Assembly (NCBI GenBank): GCA_045628045.1
Contig: JAZQOV010000007.1
Span: 8,704-72,703, forward strand
Source of the DNA: Bacilli bacterium
Lineage (GTDB): Bacteria > Bacillota_I > Bacilli_A > RFN20 > CAG-826
Length of the DNA: 64,000 nucleotides
Direction: 5' to 3'
The translations under genes and the position numbers were made by a program. Under the pieces are notes generated by a model. It had not been told where the DNA came from and made no database searches. It worked only from the letters and a program-made list of their open reading frames with translations. This document shows positions 1 through 9,759 of the stretch, piece after piece. Within the stretch, counting starts at the first letter, position 1. Each line of letters opens with the position of its first letter.

Positions 1-470
1 GTAATTGCCCCATCAAGTAATCTAATAACTGAATCGGCAATTGCCATTGCTCCGATTTCACCACCTGTTAAAACATAATCGCCGATTGATACAAGGCCAT
101 CGACGTAATCATTAACTCTCTCATCAATGCCTTCATAGTGACCACAGAGCAAGACAATATCATCAAGTTTTGCAAGCTTAGTCGCATCTTCTTGGGTGTA
201 TTGTTTTCCTCTAGGCGAAAGCATTAATTTAAATGATTTCTTAGAGGAAACGCTCTTCAGAGCGTCTACTATTGGTTGGCACTTCATAATAAGGCCAGCT
301 CCGCCCCCAACTGGTGGTGTGTCAACTCTTCCATATTTGTCTTTTGTGAAATCACGAATGTTTACAATTTTAACTTCACAAACTTTCTTTCCGATTGCAC
401 GCTTAATAATTGAGTTTGTTAAAAACCCATCAAACATTTCTGGAAATAAAGTTAAGATAGTTATTTTCAT
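1..470 (-). CDS. trmD: tRNA (guanine-N1)-methyltransferase TrmD, runs off the window start
   Basis: Minus-strand translation [16 protein letters not shown]...[17 protein letters not shown]...[11 protein letters not shown]...[15 protein letters not shown]; ATGA overlap with the rimM stop. Confidence 0.96.
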   Translation of the reverse strand, partial: MKITILTLFPEMFDGFLTNSIIKRAIGKKVCEVKIVNIRDFTKDKYGRVDTPPVGGGAGLIMKCQPIVDALKSVSSKKSFKLMLSPRGKQYTQEDATKLAKLDDIVLLCGHYEGIDERVNDYVDGLVSIGDYVLTGGEIGAMAIADSVIRLLDGAI

Positions 471-973
471 AGTAAGCCTTCAATATATTTTACAATGATT
501 TTTTTGTCTTCAAGAGATACGGATTTAATAAATGCTTTTACGAACGGAATAAGTACATCTTTATCAGAAGTTTTTACACGCAATGTTACATAAGAACAGA
601 ACTCTTCAATCTGTGAAACTATTCCTATTTCTTTGCCTGTATCAAAGGTAGCACTCATACCAATTAAGTCAGAGTAGAAAAATTCATTTTCCCCGAGAAA
701 TCCCTGGTTTTTTTCGACAAATAGGTACTTTTTATTTATCTTCTCAGCTTCTTCAATTGATGTAATTTCTTCAAAAATTATGTTATCGCAATCACCGTTT
801 GTGCGGTGCATTTTGATAGTTAATTCTTTCTCAATTTCGTGTTTATCATTTAAAAGAAAAACGCGACTTCCTTTTTTGAAACGGGTGTCGCGAAAATGAG
901 TAGAGGGATAAATTTTAACTTCACCTTTGAGTCCGATAGTTCTAACTATTTGACCTACAGTAAGAAATTCCAT
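467..973 (-). CDS. rimM: 16S rRNA processing protein RimM
   Basis: [29 protein letters not shown]; rpsP-khpA-rimM-trmD context. Confidence 0.95.
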   Translation of the reverse strand: MEFLTVGQIVRTIGLKGEVKIYPSTHFRDTRFKKGSRVFLLNDKHEIEKELTIKMHRTNGDCDNIIFEEITSIEEAEKINKKYLFVEKNQGFLGENEFFYSDLIGMSATFDTGKEIGIVSQIEEFCSYVTLRVKTSDKDVLIPFVKAFIKSVSLEDKKIIVKYIEGLL

Positions 974-975
974 GC

Positions 976-1236
976 TTATTTATTTTCTTCTTCGAATGAT
1001 TCGAATTTTAAATGAACGTGTTTTCCTTCGTTCTTTCCGGTAATTGCGATAACTTCGCGGAGAGCGTTAGCAACGCTTCCTTTTTTACCGATTAATCTGG
1101 CTGTGTCTTCGCTTTCTGCACAAATGAGAAGGACTACGTCCTTTTCGTTCTCAGTAGGCATTTCACGAACCATTACTGCATCTGGATTAATTAGAAAAGG
1201 ATCAACAATTGTATGAATGATCTTCTCGTAGTCCAT
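976..1236 (-). CDS. khpA: KH-domain RNA-binding protein KhpA
   Basis: RLIGKKG KH motif; located between rpsP and rimM. Confidence 0.9.
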   Translation of the reverse strand: MDYEKIIHTIVDPFLINPDAVMVREMPTENEKDVVLLICAESEDTARLIGKKGSVANALREVIAITGKNEGKHVHLKFESFEEENK

Positions 1237-1511
1237 TATTTAGATTCCTTTTTTGCCTTTGCGTATTTTTCCATAATACCTTTCTTTGTGAAAAGTGTAC
1301 GGATTGAATCTGATGGTGTTGCACCTTTTTCTAACCATTTAAGAGCTAATTCGACATTGATGTCTGCTGCATCTTCTGGTTTTGCTGGATCATAGAATCC
1401 AATTTGTTCGATATAACGTCCATCTCTTGCAAATCTTGAATCTGCAACAACGACACGATAAATTGCTTCGTTGTGACGGCCAATTCTGGTAAGTCTAATT
1501 TTAACTGACAT
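1236..1511 (-). CDS. rpsP: 30S ribosomal protein S16
   Basis: MSVKIRLTRIG...YRVVVADSR..RDGRYIEQIGFYDP. Confidence 0.98.
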   Translation of the reverse strand: MSVKIRLTRIGRHNEAIYRVVVADSRFARDGRYIEQIGFYDPAKPEDAADINVELALKWLEKGATPSDSIRTLFTKKGIMEKYAKAKKESK

Positions 1512-1539
1512 TTTAGTAATCTCCTTTTTACCGACATCT

Positions 1540-1623
1540 ATTATATATAGATTATTATAAGTGTCAAGTAATTTTACTTAACACCATAAAAAACTTGCAT
1601 CTCTTTTTAATAAAGAGTATTAT
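1540..1623. promoter_or_regulatory. Divergent sigma-A promoters for rpsP and rplS
   Basis: Minus strand TTGACA(1562-1567)-16-TATAAT(1540-1545); plus strand TTGCAT(1595-1600)-17-TATTAT(1618-1623). Confidence 0.7.
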
Positions 1624-1652
1624 CTTTCTTGCGAGTTTAGAAAACTTGCTGA

Positions 1653-1687
1653 GGGCGTCCCGCTTTCATAAATGATATGAACGCACC
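1653..1687 (+). ncRNA. L19 ribosomal protein leader (autoregulatory RNA)
   Basis: GCGUC-CCGCU...AUGAACGC hairpin directly upstream of rplS, resembling the Firmicutes L19 leader. Confidence 0.75.
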
Positions 1688-1719
1688 AAAATATTACTTG
1701 TAAAGAGAGGAGAAAAGAC

Positions 1720-2067
1720 ATGAACACAAATATCGTTAACGAAGTTACTGCACGTCAACTTAAGAAAAATGTTCCAGAATTTAAAGCTGGTGACACTGTC
1801 TCAGTTTCCGTCAGAATTACTGAAAATAACAAATCACGTATCCAAGTCTTCCAAGGTGTTGTTATTCAACGCCGTGGCTCCGGTGTCAGCGAGACCTTCA
1901 CTGTTAGAAAAATTTCTTCAGGTGTCGGCGTAGAAAGAACTTTCCCAATTCACTCACCAGCTGTTGCTGATATTAAAGTTGAGAAACATGGTAAAGTTCG
2001 TAGAAGCAGAATCTTCTACTTACGTGATCGTGCTGGCAAGGCAGCCCGTATTAAAGAAGTTCTTTAA
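1720..2067 (+). CDS. rplS: 50S ribosomal protein L19
   Basis: [40 protein letters not shown]. Confidence 0.98.
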   Translation: MNTNIVNEVTARQLKKNVPEFKAGDTVSVSVRITENNKSRIQVFQGVVIQRRGSGVSETFTVRKISSGVGVERTFPIHSPAVADIKVEKHGKVRRSRIFYLRDRAGKAARIKEVL

Positions 2068-2083
2068 TCAGAAGCTAAGAAAT

Positions 2084-2110
2084 AAAACCCGATTCGTCGG
2101 GTTTTTTCTT
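2084..2110 (+). terminator. Rho-independent terminator after rplS
   Basis: AAAACCCGA-TTCG-TCGGGTTTT followed by a T tract. Confidence 0.85.
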
Positions 2111-2180
2111 TACTTAATATTTAGAAATTTGAAAACTTTGTTTTGTTGAAGCCTAAAACCTACAGGCGTATAATGAAAGC

Positions 2181-2879
2181 ATGGCAAAAGAAAAGAAACA
2201 AAAAAGATCATCTAAGAAATCAACAGTTGTAGATATTGTTTTGACTGTCTTTTGTTTTTGCTTACTCTGTTTGTCATGTGTTTTCTTTTACCAAAATGTT
2301 TATTTGGAAAAGTTCTATGTGAGTGGTCAATCTATGTGGCCTACTCTTAATGAGTATGCACTTGATCAAAACGGAAAATTATTTGGCCAAGATGGAAGAG
2401 ATAAATCTGGCGAGGTTGGCACTAAAGTTGAAGTTGGAGTTATGGACACTCATAAGAGTGCTAAAAAGAAAATTAAACGTTTTGATATTGTAACTACTTA
2501 CTACAATGACAATGACACATACTTCAAAATTAAACGCATTATTGGATTACCAGGTGAAACATTAAGATTCACCGAAACAGGTGATTTATATATTAATGAT
2601 AGCTTTGTTGAACAACCAATTAATAGCGAAGTTGTGGCAAGCGGAACTTATACAACAGAAGAAGTTAAATTAGCAGACGATGAATATTTTGTTTGCGGAG
2701 ATAACCGTAAAGGAAGTAACTCTGGTGATTCTAGAACCAACGGAAATATAAAGAAAAGATGGATCGTCGGAAGAGTTGTTGCAATTTACGGAATTGGAAT
2801 CGTTTCTGAAAGAAACGGTGAAAAAGATGTCAGAAATAGAGACATTGATTATTATAAATGGCCGAGGTTTATGATATGA
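2181..2879 (+). CDS. lepB: Signal peptidase I
   Basis: N-terminal TM; GQSMWPTL (Ser), IKRIIGLPGE (Lys), GDNR..S.DSR; promoter TTGAAG-17-TATAAT ends 6 nt before ATG. Confidence 0.93.
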   Translation: MAKEKKQKRSSKKSTVVDIVLTVFCFCLLCLSCVFFYQNVYLEKFYVSGQSMWPTLNEYALDQNGKLFGQDGRDKSGEVGTKVEVGVMDTHKSAKKKIKRFDIVTTYYNDNDTYFKIKRIIGLPGETLRFTETGDLYINDSFVEQPINSEVVASGTYTTEEVKLADDEYFVCGDNRKGSNSGDSRTNGNIKKRWIVGRVVAIYGIGIVSERNGEKDVRNRDIDYYKWPRFMI

Positions 2880-3718
2880 AGCAAATCCACTGGTATCCAG
2901 GCCACATGAAAAAAGCTCAAATTGAAGTTCAAGACAAGCTTAAAGTTGTTGATGTTATTGTCGAACTTTTAGATGCAAGAATTCCAGTTTCTTCTAGAAA
3001 CAATGTGCTTTACAAAATGACTAAAGATAAAACACGTTTGGTCGTTTTAACAAAGACTGATTTAGCAGATAAAAGTGAAACAAAAAAGTGGCTTGACCAT
3101 TTTAAAAATGAAGGTTTTTCTGCTATCTTTGCAGACTTAAATAAGCAAAATGATATTAAAAATATCATAAAAGCAGTAGAAGACCTTGGCGAAACTAAGA
3201 AACAAAAATGTATCGCGAAAGGAATGAAACCTCAGCCTGTACGCGCAATGATTATAGGAATTCCAAATGTTGGAAAATCCACTTTAATCAATAAAATTTC
3301 AGGTCGTCATGCAGCCTCAGTTCAAAATAAACCAGCACACACCAAAGCTCAACAATGGATCAAAGTCTCTAATAAGTTTGAGTTATTAGATACTCCAGGG
3401 ATTTTGCCACCTTCATATGAAGATGTTAAAGATGCAGTTAATCTCGCGTTGGTGGGTTCAATTAATTCTGAAATTCTTCCAAATGAAGATTTAGCAAGAA
3501 TTGCTTTTAACTTCCTTAAGGAAAATTATAAAGACGAACTTCTTAAACGTTTTGATTATTTAAATTTAAATGATGAATTTGTAACATCCTTTGAAAAAAT
3601 AGCCGAAAAACGCGGTTATTTAACAAAGGGTGGTAAAGATATCGAAAAAGCATACAAGGTCTTCTTAAACGAGTTAAAAAACGGCTTAATAGGCCAAATT
3701 ACTTTTGAAAGAATCTAA
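2876..3718 (+). CDS. rbgA: Ribosome biogenesis GTPase RbgA/YlqF
   Basis: IHWYPGHMKKA, LDARIP, GIPNVGKST, DTPG; start placed at ATG 2876 after GAGGT. Confidence 0.96.
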   Translation: MKQIHWYPGHMKKAQIEVQDKLKVVDVIVELLDARIPVSSRNNVLYKMTKDKTRLVVLTKTDLADKSETKKWLDHFKNEGFSAIFADLNKQNDIKNIIKAVEDLGETKKQKCIAKGMKPQPVRAMIIGIPNVGKSTLINKISGRHAASVQNKPAHTKAQQWIKVSNKFELLDTPGILPPSYEDVKDAVNLALVGSINSEILPNEDLARIAFNFLKENYKDELLKRFDYLNLNDEFVTSFEKIAEKRGYLTKGGKDIEKAYKVFLNELKNGLIGQITFERI

Positions 3719-3719
3719 C

Positions 3720-4349
3720 ATGGCGCTTAATTATCAAGATCAATTTTACTCAAAAAAGATAAAAGTTATTGTTGGTGTAGATGAAGCTGGACGAGGTCCT
3801 CTCGCAGGCCCTGTGGTCGCGGCCGCCTGTGTTTTTTCGCGCGCGTATATAAATAAAGAAATAAACGACTCGAAACAACTTAGTGAAAAGAAAAGAGAAG
3901 AACTTTTTGAAGTTATCAAGAAAGACGCAATTGCCTATGGAGTTGGAATTGTCTCAGCAGAAGAAATAGACAAAATTAATATTTATGAAGCCACAAAGAA
4001 GGCAATGACTGAAGCAATTAATAATTTAAAAGTAAAATTTGATCTAATTCTTACTGATGCAATGCCTTTAAAAGGTTTTGATGTGGAAGTGGTGCCAATT
4101 ATTAAAGGTGATGCTAAGGCTTTGCCTATTGCAGCCGCAAGCATTATTGCAAAGGTAACGCGTGATCACATGATGGATGAACTTGCGAAGAAATATCCTG
4201 AATATCATTTTGATGAACATAAAGGCTATGGAACCGCAAAACACATGGAAGCCTTAAAGAAATTTGGGCCAATAAAAGGTGTTCATAGATATTCATATAA
4301 ACCTGTTGCTAAAATTGAACTACAGGAAATAAACCTTTTCGAAATGTGA
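3720..4349 (+). CDS. rnhB: Ribonuclease HII
   Basis: GVDEAGRGPLAGPVVAA, DSKQL, KGD, AASIIAKVTRD, KGYGT. Confidence 0.97.
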   Translation: MALNYQDQFYSKKIKVIVGVDEAGRGPLAGPVVAAACVFSRAYINKEINDSKQLSEKKREELFEVIKKDAIAYGVGIVSAEEIDKINIYEATKKAMTEAINNLKVKFDLILTDAMPLKGFDVEVVPIIKGDAKALPIAAASIIAKVTRDHMMDELAKKYPEYHFDEHKGYGTAKHMEALKKFGPIKGVHRYSYKPVAKIELQEINLFEM

Positions 4350-4355
4350 AAAAAG

Positions 4356-4417
4356 TGATTTACATTGTAAATCAAAAAAATAAATTAACAGTTTTGTAAA
4401 AATTTCTCGAATTAGTA
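4356..4417 (+). promoter_or_regulatory. Conserved putative competence promoter/operator, copy 1 (upstream of dprA)
   Basis: Palindrome TGATTTACA-T-TGTAAATCA, A tract, then TTAACA-N17-CGAATT; 4368-4417 matches 58434-58483 at 46/50 nt. Confidence 0.8.
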
Positions 4418-4431
4418 AGTGAGGTATACTT

Positions 4432-5232
4432 ATGAAAGCACGAGAAATTTTATTATTTTATTCAATGATTTATAACGGCGATTGGAAAGCCATAAATCAG
4501 CAATTACATGAACACTCTGATGAAGATCCTGATGAGAAAGAAATGAAGAAAGTTATTAAGGGTGTGAAGTCAAACTACATTACTTGTCTCGATGAAGAAT
4601 ATCCTGAGAGTTTAAAACAATCTAAGTTGCCGCCTTTTGTTCTTTACTATCATGGTGATATTTCTTTACTTAAGAAAGAACCGATGCTTGGAGTTGTTGG
4701 AACTAGAAAATGTAGTCCCTATGGAATAGAGCAAACAGAGAAACTTGTAGGCGAACTTTCCAATGACTTTGTCATTGTTTCTGGAATGGCGCTTGGCATT
4801 GATGCGTGCGCACATCGAACCGCAATTAAAAGTGGTGGTCGTACAATTGCAGTTTTAGGATGTGGAATTAATCTTTGTTATTTAGACAAAAACTTAGATA
4901 TTTATGAAAATTGCAAAACTAAGAATCTTGTTATTTCCGAATTTCCTGACATGGTCCAACCTTCTACGACTACATTTCCGATCAGAAATAGAATAATAGT
5001 GGGTCTATCTGATGTTTTGCTAATTCCTGAGGGTAAAATGAACTCCGGAACACAAGTCTCAGCATTTCTTATGGCGGAGAAAAACGGCAACGTATGTTGT
5101 GTACCAACCCGTAATGGTGAAGACTCACTTTGCAATCACTTAATTTCTAGTGGAGCTTACATCACAGAAACGGCTAATGATGTTTATGAAGTGGCTCATG
5201 TTAGACCAAAGAGAAGCATTTTTGAAAAGTAA
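4432..5232 (+). CDS. dprA: DNA-processing protein DprA
   Basis: YPESL..PPFVLYYHG, VVGTR..S.YG, IVSGMALGID, VLGCG, ISEFP, FPIRNRII. Confidence 0.95.
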   Translation: MKAREILLFYSMIYNGDWKAINQQLHEHSDEDPDEKEMKKVIKGVKSNYITCLDEEYPESLKQSKLPPFVLYYHGDISLLKKEPMLGVVGTRKCSPYGIEQTEKLVGELSNDFVIVSGMALGIDACAHRTAIKSGGRTIAVLGCGINLCYLDKNLDIYENCKTKNLVISEFPDMVQPSTTTFPIRNRIIVGLSDVLLIPEGKMNSGTQVSAFLMAEKNGNVCCVPTRNGEDSLCNHLISSGAYITETANDVYEVAHVRPKRSIFEK

Positions 5233-5317
5233 AAAAAGTTAAAGATAATATATATTTTCTTTAATATAAATATAGCTTTGACATTGCTAATTTTTGCATC
5301 TATATTATTGGACGTTT

Positions 5318-7384
5318 ATGAAGTTAGTTATTGTTGAGTCTCCAAACAAATGCCACACTATATCAAGGTACTTAGGTGAAGGTTATCAAGTATTGGCAAC
5401 CGTTGGTCACTTAAGAGATCTTTCCACTAGTGGAAAGGGTGGATTTGGAGTTGATATTGATAACGGCTTCAAGCCAACTTATATTGTCTCCTCTTTAAAA
5501 AGAGGAACTGTTCAAGAATTAAAAGATGCAGCTAAAAAGGCTGATGATATTTATCTTGCAACCGACCCTGATCGTGAGGGTGAAGCTATTGCATGGCATT
5601 TAACACAAATTTTAGGACTTGATCCAAAGACAACAAAGCGTCTTGAGTTCCACGAAATTACACGTGTTTCTATTAATAATGCTATTAAGCATCCAAGAGT
5701 TCTTGATATGAATTTAGTCGAGTCACAAGAAACTCGTCGAATCATGGACAGAATTATTGGTTTTAAACTTTCAAATGTTATTCAAAAAAAGATTAAATCT
5801 CCATCTGCTGGTAGAGTTCAATCTGCAACACTTGAATTAATCTGTGATCACGATAAAGAAATTGCTGAATTTGTACCAGAACCTTACTGGTCATTAAATA
5901 TAGAATTAAAGAAGAATAACGCGAAAATAGTGGCAAATTTCCATAGTTTTTCGGATATTAAGAAAATTGAAGATGAAAAAATTAACGCCGATATTCTTAA
6001 AAAATTAGAGCTTGGAAAAGCTAAAGTTTTATCAGTTAAAAAGAGTGTTAAAACAGTTGAATCAAAACCTGCATTTACAACCTCAACACTTCAACAAGAA
6101 GCTTTCAATACTTATAAATTTTCAACAAAGAAAACCTCAAGTCTTGCACAACAACTTTACGAAGGTGTTCAAATTCGTGGAGAACATCAAGGCTTAATTA
6201 CATACATCCGTACTGACTCTACTTATCTTTCCGACACTTTCGTTGAACGTGCAGAAAGCTTTATTGAAAAGAAATTCGGTAAAGAATATTGTGGCAAGAG
6301 AAAAGTTGTCGCGGTAGCTGGCGCGCAAAATGCACACGAAGCTATTAGACCAACTTCAAATCACACAACTCCTGCCTCAATTAGAGATTATTTAACTCCT
6401 GATCAATATAAATTATATAAACTCATTTATGAAAGAGCTCTTGAGTCATTAATGGCTCCAAAGAAAGAAAGCGTTGTTGCTGTTACTTTCGATGTCGATG
6501 GAGTTACTTTCAAAGTAGAAAGTTCAAGCGTAGTTTTTGATGGTTATACTAAACTTTCTGGAATTAGCGAAGATTCATATCAATTACCTCCAATGAAAGA
6601 AGGAGAAGAACTTGATATTAACAAAGTTAATAATGAAAAGAAATTTACAGAAGCTCCTGCAAGTTATACTGAAGCAAAAATCGTTAAATTAATGGAAGAC
6701 AAAAAGATTGGTCGTCCATCTACATACGCATCAACGATCGCAACTCTATTAAAAAGAGAATATGTTGAGTCTAAATCTGGTTCAATTACAACAACTGAAC
6801 AAGGCAAAAAGACCGGCATTGTTTTAAGAAAATATTTCCCAGATTTTGTTGATGTTAAATACACAGCACAAATGGAAGATAAACTTGACTTAATTCAAGA
6901 TGGTCAAGTTACAAGGGTTGATGCATTAACTGAATTCTATTATCCATTTATTAAAAATGTTGAGGATGCATCAGCAAAAATGTATAAAGAAGACGACGAA
7001 CCAACAGGCAGAGTTTGTCCAAAATGTGGTGCACCTCTTGTTTACAAGAAATCTAAATATGGCAACTTTATTGGTTGTTCAAACTTCCCAACATGTTCTT
7101 ATAGAGAAAAGGAACCAGAGCAGCTTGAATACACTGGTGAGAAATGTCCAAAATGTGGCAAACCTCTTGTCTATCGTGTAGGAAAAAAGAACAAAAAATT
7201 TATTGCTTGTTCAGGTTACCCACAATGTAATTACATTAAAAAAGAAGAACCTGAAATTGTTCCAGTAAAGAAATGCCCAGAATGTGGTGGTGACTTAGTC
7301 GTTAGAGGCTATGGTAAGAAGAAATTCCTCGGCTGTGTCAACTATCCAAAATGTAAACACATTGAAAAATTATCAATTAAGTAA
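5318..7384 (+). CDS. topA: DNA topoisomerase I with C-terminal zinc ribbons
   Basis: LVIVESP, ATDPDREGE, SAGRVQS, LITYIRTDS, AHEAIRPT; three C4 ribbons; promoter TTGACA(5278)-17-TATATT. Confidence 0.98.
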   Translation: MKLVIVESPNKCHTISRYLGEGYQVLATVGHLRDLSTSGKGGFGVDIDNGFKPTYIVSSLKRGTVQELKDAAKKADDIYLATDPDREGEAIAWHLTQILGLDPKTTKRLEFHEITRVSINNAIKHPRVLDMNLVESQETRRIMDRIIGFKLSNVIQKKIKSPSAGRVQSATLELICDHDKEIAEFVPEPYWSLNIELKKNNAKIVANFHSFSDIKKIEDEKINADILKKLELGKAKVLSVKKSVKTVESKPAFTTSTLQQEAFNTYKFSTKKTSSLAQQLYEGVQIRGEHQGLITYIRTDSTYLSDTFVERAESFIEKKFGKEYCGKRKVVAVAGAQNAHEAIRPTSNHTTPASIRDYLTPDQYKLYKLIYERALESLMAPKKESVVAVTFDVDGVTFKVESSSVVFDGYTKLSGISEDSYQLPPMKEGEELDINKVNNEKKFTEAPASYTEAKIVKLMEDKKIGRPSTYASTIATLLKREYVESKSGSITTTEQGKKTGIVLRKYFPDFVDVKYTAQMEDKLDLIQDGQVTRVDALTEFYYPFIKNVEDASAKMYKEDDEPTGRVCPKCGAPLVYKKSKYGNFIGCSNFPTCSYREKEPEQLEYTGEKCPKCGKPLVYRVGKKNKKFIACSGYPQCNYIKKEEPEIVPVKKCPECGGDLVVRGYGKKKFLGCVNYPKCKHIEKLSIK

Positions 7385-7417
7385 GCAAATTGCTTACTTT
7401 TTTGTTATAATAATTTT

Positions 7418-8704
7418 ATGAAGAAAATTAATGTTGTTGGTGGAGGACTTGCGGGCGTTGAAGCTTGTTACTTTTTCTTAAAAAGAAATTACGAGGTTCA
7501 TCTCTACGAAAAGCGTCCTTCTAAAATGACACCAGCACATGTTACTGGGAATTTTGGAGAACTTGTTTGCTCAAATTCACTTAAGTCAAATAAGCTTGAT
7601 AATGCATGTGGTTTGCTTAAGGAAGAAATGAGACACATGGATTCTTTAACAATGAAAGTTGCATCAGAAACCGCAGTACCAAGTGGCAATGCATTAAGTG
7701 TAGATAGAGACGAGTTTTCCTCAAAAATCACAGGAATTCTCAAGGATTTTCCTAATTTAATCGTACACGAGGAAGAAATTTCAGACTTTCTAGATGGACC
7801 TACAATTATTGCTACTGGACCATTAACAAGTGATGCTTTAGCGAAAAAATTAGCAGAAACAATTGGTCAAGAATCTTTATTCTTTTTTGATGCAAGTGCA
7901 CCAATAGTTTTAAAAGACTCTATTAACATGAACATTGCTTATAAGAAGTCTCGTTATGATCAAGGCGATGATTCTTATATTAATTGCCCATTCTCTATTG
8001 AAGAATATGAAAAGTTTTATGAAGAACTAATTCATGCTGAAGTAGCGATGGTGCATGATTTTGATAAAAATTATTTTGAAGGCTGTATGCCAATTGAAGT
8101 AATGGCAAAACGTGGCAAAGAAACTTTGCGCTTTGGTCCTATGAAACCTAAAGGTTTACAAGTAGAAGGTAGAGATAAATTTCACGCTGTTATTCAATTA
8201 AGACAAGATAATTTAAATGGTGATTTATACAACATTGTTGGTTTTCAAACTAATTTAACTTATCCAGAACAAAAACGTGTTTTTCGAATGATTCCTGGAC
8301 TCGAAAATGCCGAATTCGTGCGTTATGGATTAATGCATAGGAACACTTATATTTGTTCTCCATTAGCTCTTGCAGAAGACCTTAGTTTAAAGAAAAGAAA
8401 CGATACATTTTTAGCAGGTCAATTAATTGGTGTTGAAGGTTATGTTGAATCTGCTGCAATGGGAATTTTAAGTGCCATTTTTGCGTATCAAAAATTAGAA
8501 GGAAAAGAGTTCTTAAAACCTTCAATTGAGACAATGATAGGCTCACTTTACAACTATGTTGTAAATGGCAATCCTGAGACCTTTCAACCAATGAACGCTA
8601 ACTTTGGAATTTTATATAATTCAAACAGACATAATAGAGAAGAATCTATTGAACGTTCTTTAAAAAATATTGATGAATTTTGGGCTAAAATTAATGACAA
8701 ATAA
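7418..8704 (+). CDS. trmFO: Folate/FAD-dependent tRNA m5U54 methyltransferase TrmFO
   Basis: GGGLAGVE, ELVCSNS, FFFDASAP, FEGCMPIE, VGFQTNL, GVEGYVES. Confidence 0.96.
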   Translation: MKKINVVGGGLAGVEACYFFLKRNYEVHLYEKRPSKMTPAHVTGNFGELVCSNSLKSNKLDNACGLLKEEMRHMDSLTMKVASETAVPSGNALSVDRDEFSSKITGILKDFPNLIVHEEEISDFLDGPTIIATGPLTSDALAKKLAETIGQESLFFFDASAPIVLKDSINMNIAYKKSRYDQGDDSYINCPFSIEEYEKFYEELIHAEVAMVHDFDKNYFEGCMPIEVMAKRGKETLRFGPMKPKGLQVEGRDKFHAVIQLRQDNLNGDLYNIVGFQTNLTYPEQKRVFRMIPGLENAEFVRYGLMHRNTYICSPLALAEDLSLKKRNDTFLAGQLIGVEGYVESAAMGILSAIFAYQKLEGKEFLKPSIETMIGSLYNYVVNGNPETFQPMNANFGILYNSNRHNREESIERSLKNIDEFWAKINDK

Positions 8705-9572
8705 AGAGCAATTTTTTAAGCATCTTAAGTTTGATTTAAATTATTCGGATCAGACAATCAAATCTTATGGTCAAGACATAGACAGTTTTGAAGAATTTTT
8801 AAAATTTGTAAATCTTAGTATTGAACAAGCAAACACTCAAACAATTAGAGATTATCTTTCAAAAGAAATAGAAGAAGGAAAATCAAAAGTAACTTGTTGT
8901 AGAAGAATTTCCGCACTTAGACATTATTTTGAATTTTTAGTGAGAATAAATGTTTTATCTACAAATCCTTTTCTTCTTATAAATTCTCCAAAGAAGGAAA
9001 TACGTTATCCTGAAGCACTTTACCTAGAGCAAATTGAGGAACTTTTTAAGAAGAATAGAGAAAGAACTGATGAATTAAAATTAAGAGATCAAGCCATCAT
9101 TGAACTCCTTTATGCATCAGGTCTAAGAGTGAGCGAACTTGTTAATATAAAACTAAGCCAAATTGACATAAAAAATCGTGTCATAAGAATCATGGGAAAA
9201 GGTAGAAAAGAACGCCTTGTAATGTTCTCAAAATCTTGCCAAAGTACTTTGTTAGACTATTTAAATAGTCTCTCTTTAACAACTAATGATTATTTATTCT
9301 CAAATGCTAAGGGTGATCAACTTACAACTCGAGGCGTTGAATACATCTTAAAAAAGATAGAAGAAAAAACCGGAATTTTTATTGGTTTACATCCGCATTT
9401 ATTTAGGCATACTTTTGCTACACATCTACTTGAGGGCGGTGCAGATTTGAGGGTAATCCAGGACCTACTTGGGCACGAATCTATAAACACAACGCAGGTT
9501 TATACACATGTAACTCCTGAGGCAATGAAAAATCAATTTTTAATGTCTCATCCGAGGGCAAAAAAGAAATAA
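8694..9572 (+). CDS. xerC: Tyrosine recombinase XerC-like
   Basis: GLRVSEL, GKGRKER, HLFRHTFATHLL, LLGH, TTQVY; topA-trmFO-xerC synteny. Confidence 0.88.
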   Translation: MTNKEQFFKHLKFDLNYSDQTIKSYGQDIDSFEEFLKFVNLSIEQANTQTIRDYLSKEIEEGKSKVTCCRRISALRHYFEFLVRINVLSTNPFLLINSPKKEIRYPEALYLEQIEELFKKNRERTDELKLRDQAIIELLYASGLRVSELVNIKLSQIDIKNRVIRIMGKGRKERLVMFSKSCQSTLLDYLNSLSLTTNDYLFSNAKGDQLTTRGVEYILKKIEEKTGIFIGLHPHLFRHTFATHLLEGGADLRVIQDLLGHESINTTQVYTHVTPEAMKNQFLMSHPRAKKK

Positions 9573-9655
9573 AATTCATATAGTTTATAAAAACTATTTG
9601 AGTTATTAGAATTAGAGTGATATTATTTAGACACTCTTTTTCTTTAGAAAGAGAG

Positions 9656-9740
9656 AATACACACACTATGGATTCAATTTCCGAGTCCGGTGACCAAGGG
9701 GTCGTATTCCGGGGAAATCGTTAGAAGTAGTGGAGGCAAA
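9656..9740 (+). ncRNA. rpsB (S2) 5' leader RNA
   Basis: ACACACAC...GC-rich nested hairpin...GUGGAGG upstream of rpsB, like the Firmicutes S2 autoregulatory leader. Confidence 0.65.
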
Positions 9741-9759
9741 ACGAATGGAGGCCAAAAGT

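Noticed and set aside
467-4349. Genetic code 4 (TGA = Trp) as in Mycoplasma
   Set aside because: rimM, lepB and rnhB end at TGA at their expected lengths, and Trp is encoded by TGG.
4356-4417. Shared element as ComK boxes, an exact cin-box, or an IS end
   Set aside because: There are no paired AAAA-N5-TTTT boxes; the -10 is CTCGAATT rather than TACGAATA; there is no transposase or target duplication, and the mismatches cluster in the promoter spacer.
8694-9572. Tyrosine recombinase as a prophage or island integrase
   Set aside because: It sits in the conserved topA-trmFO-xerC position with no att sites or cargo, so it is most likely the housekeeping Xer recombinase.
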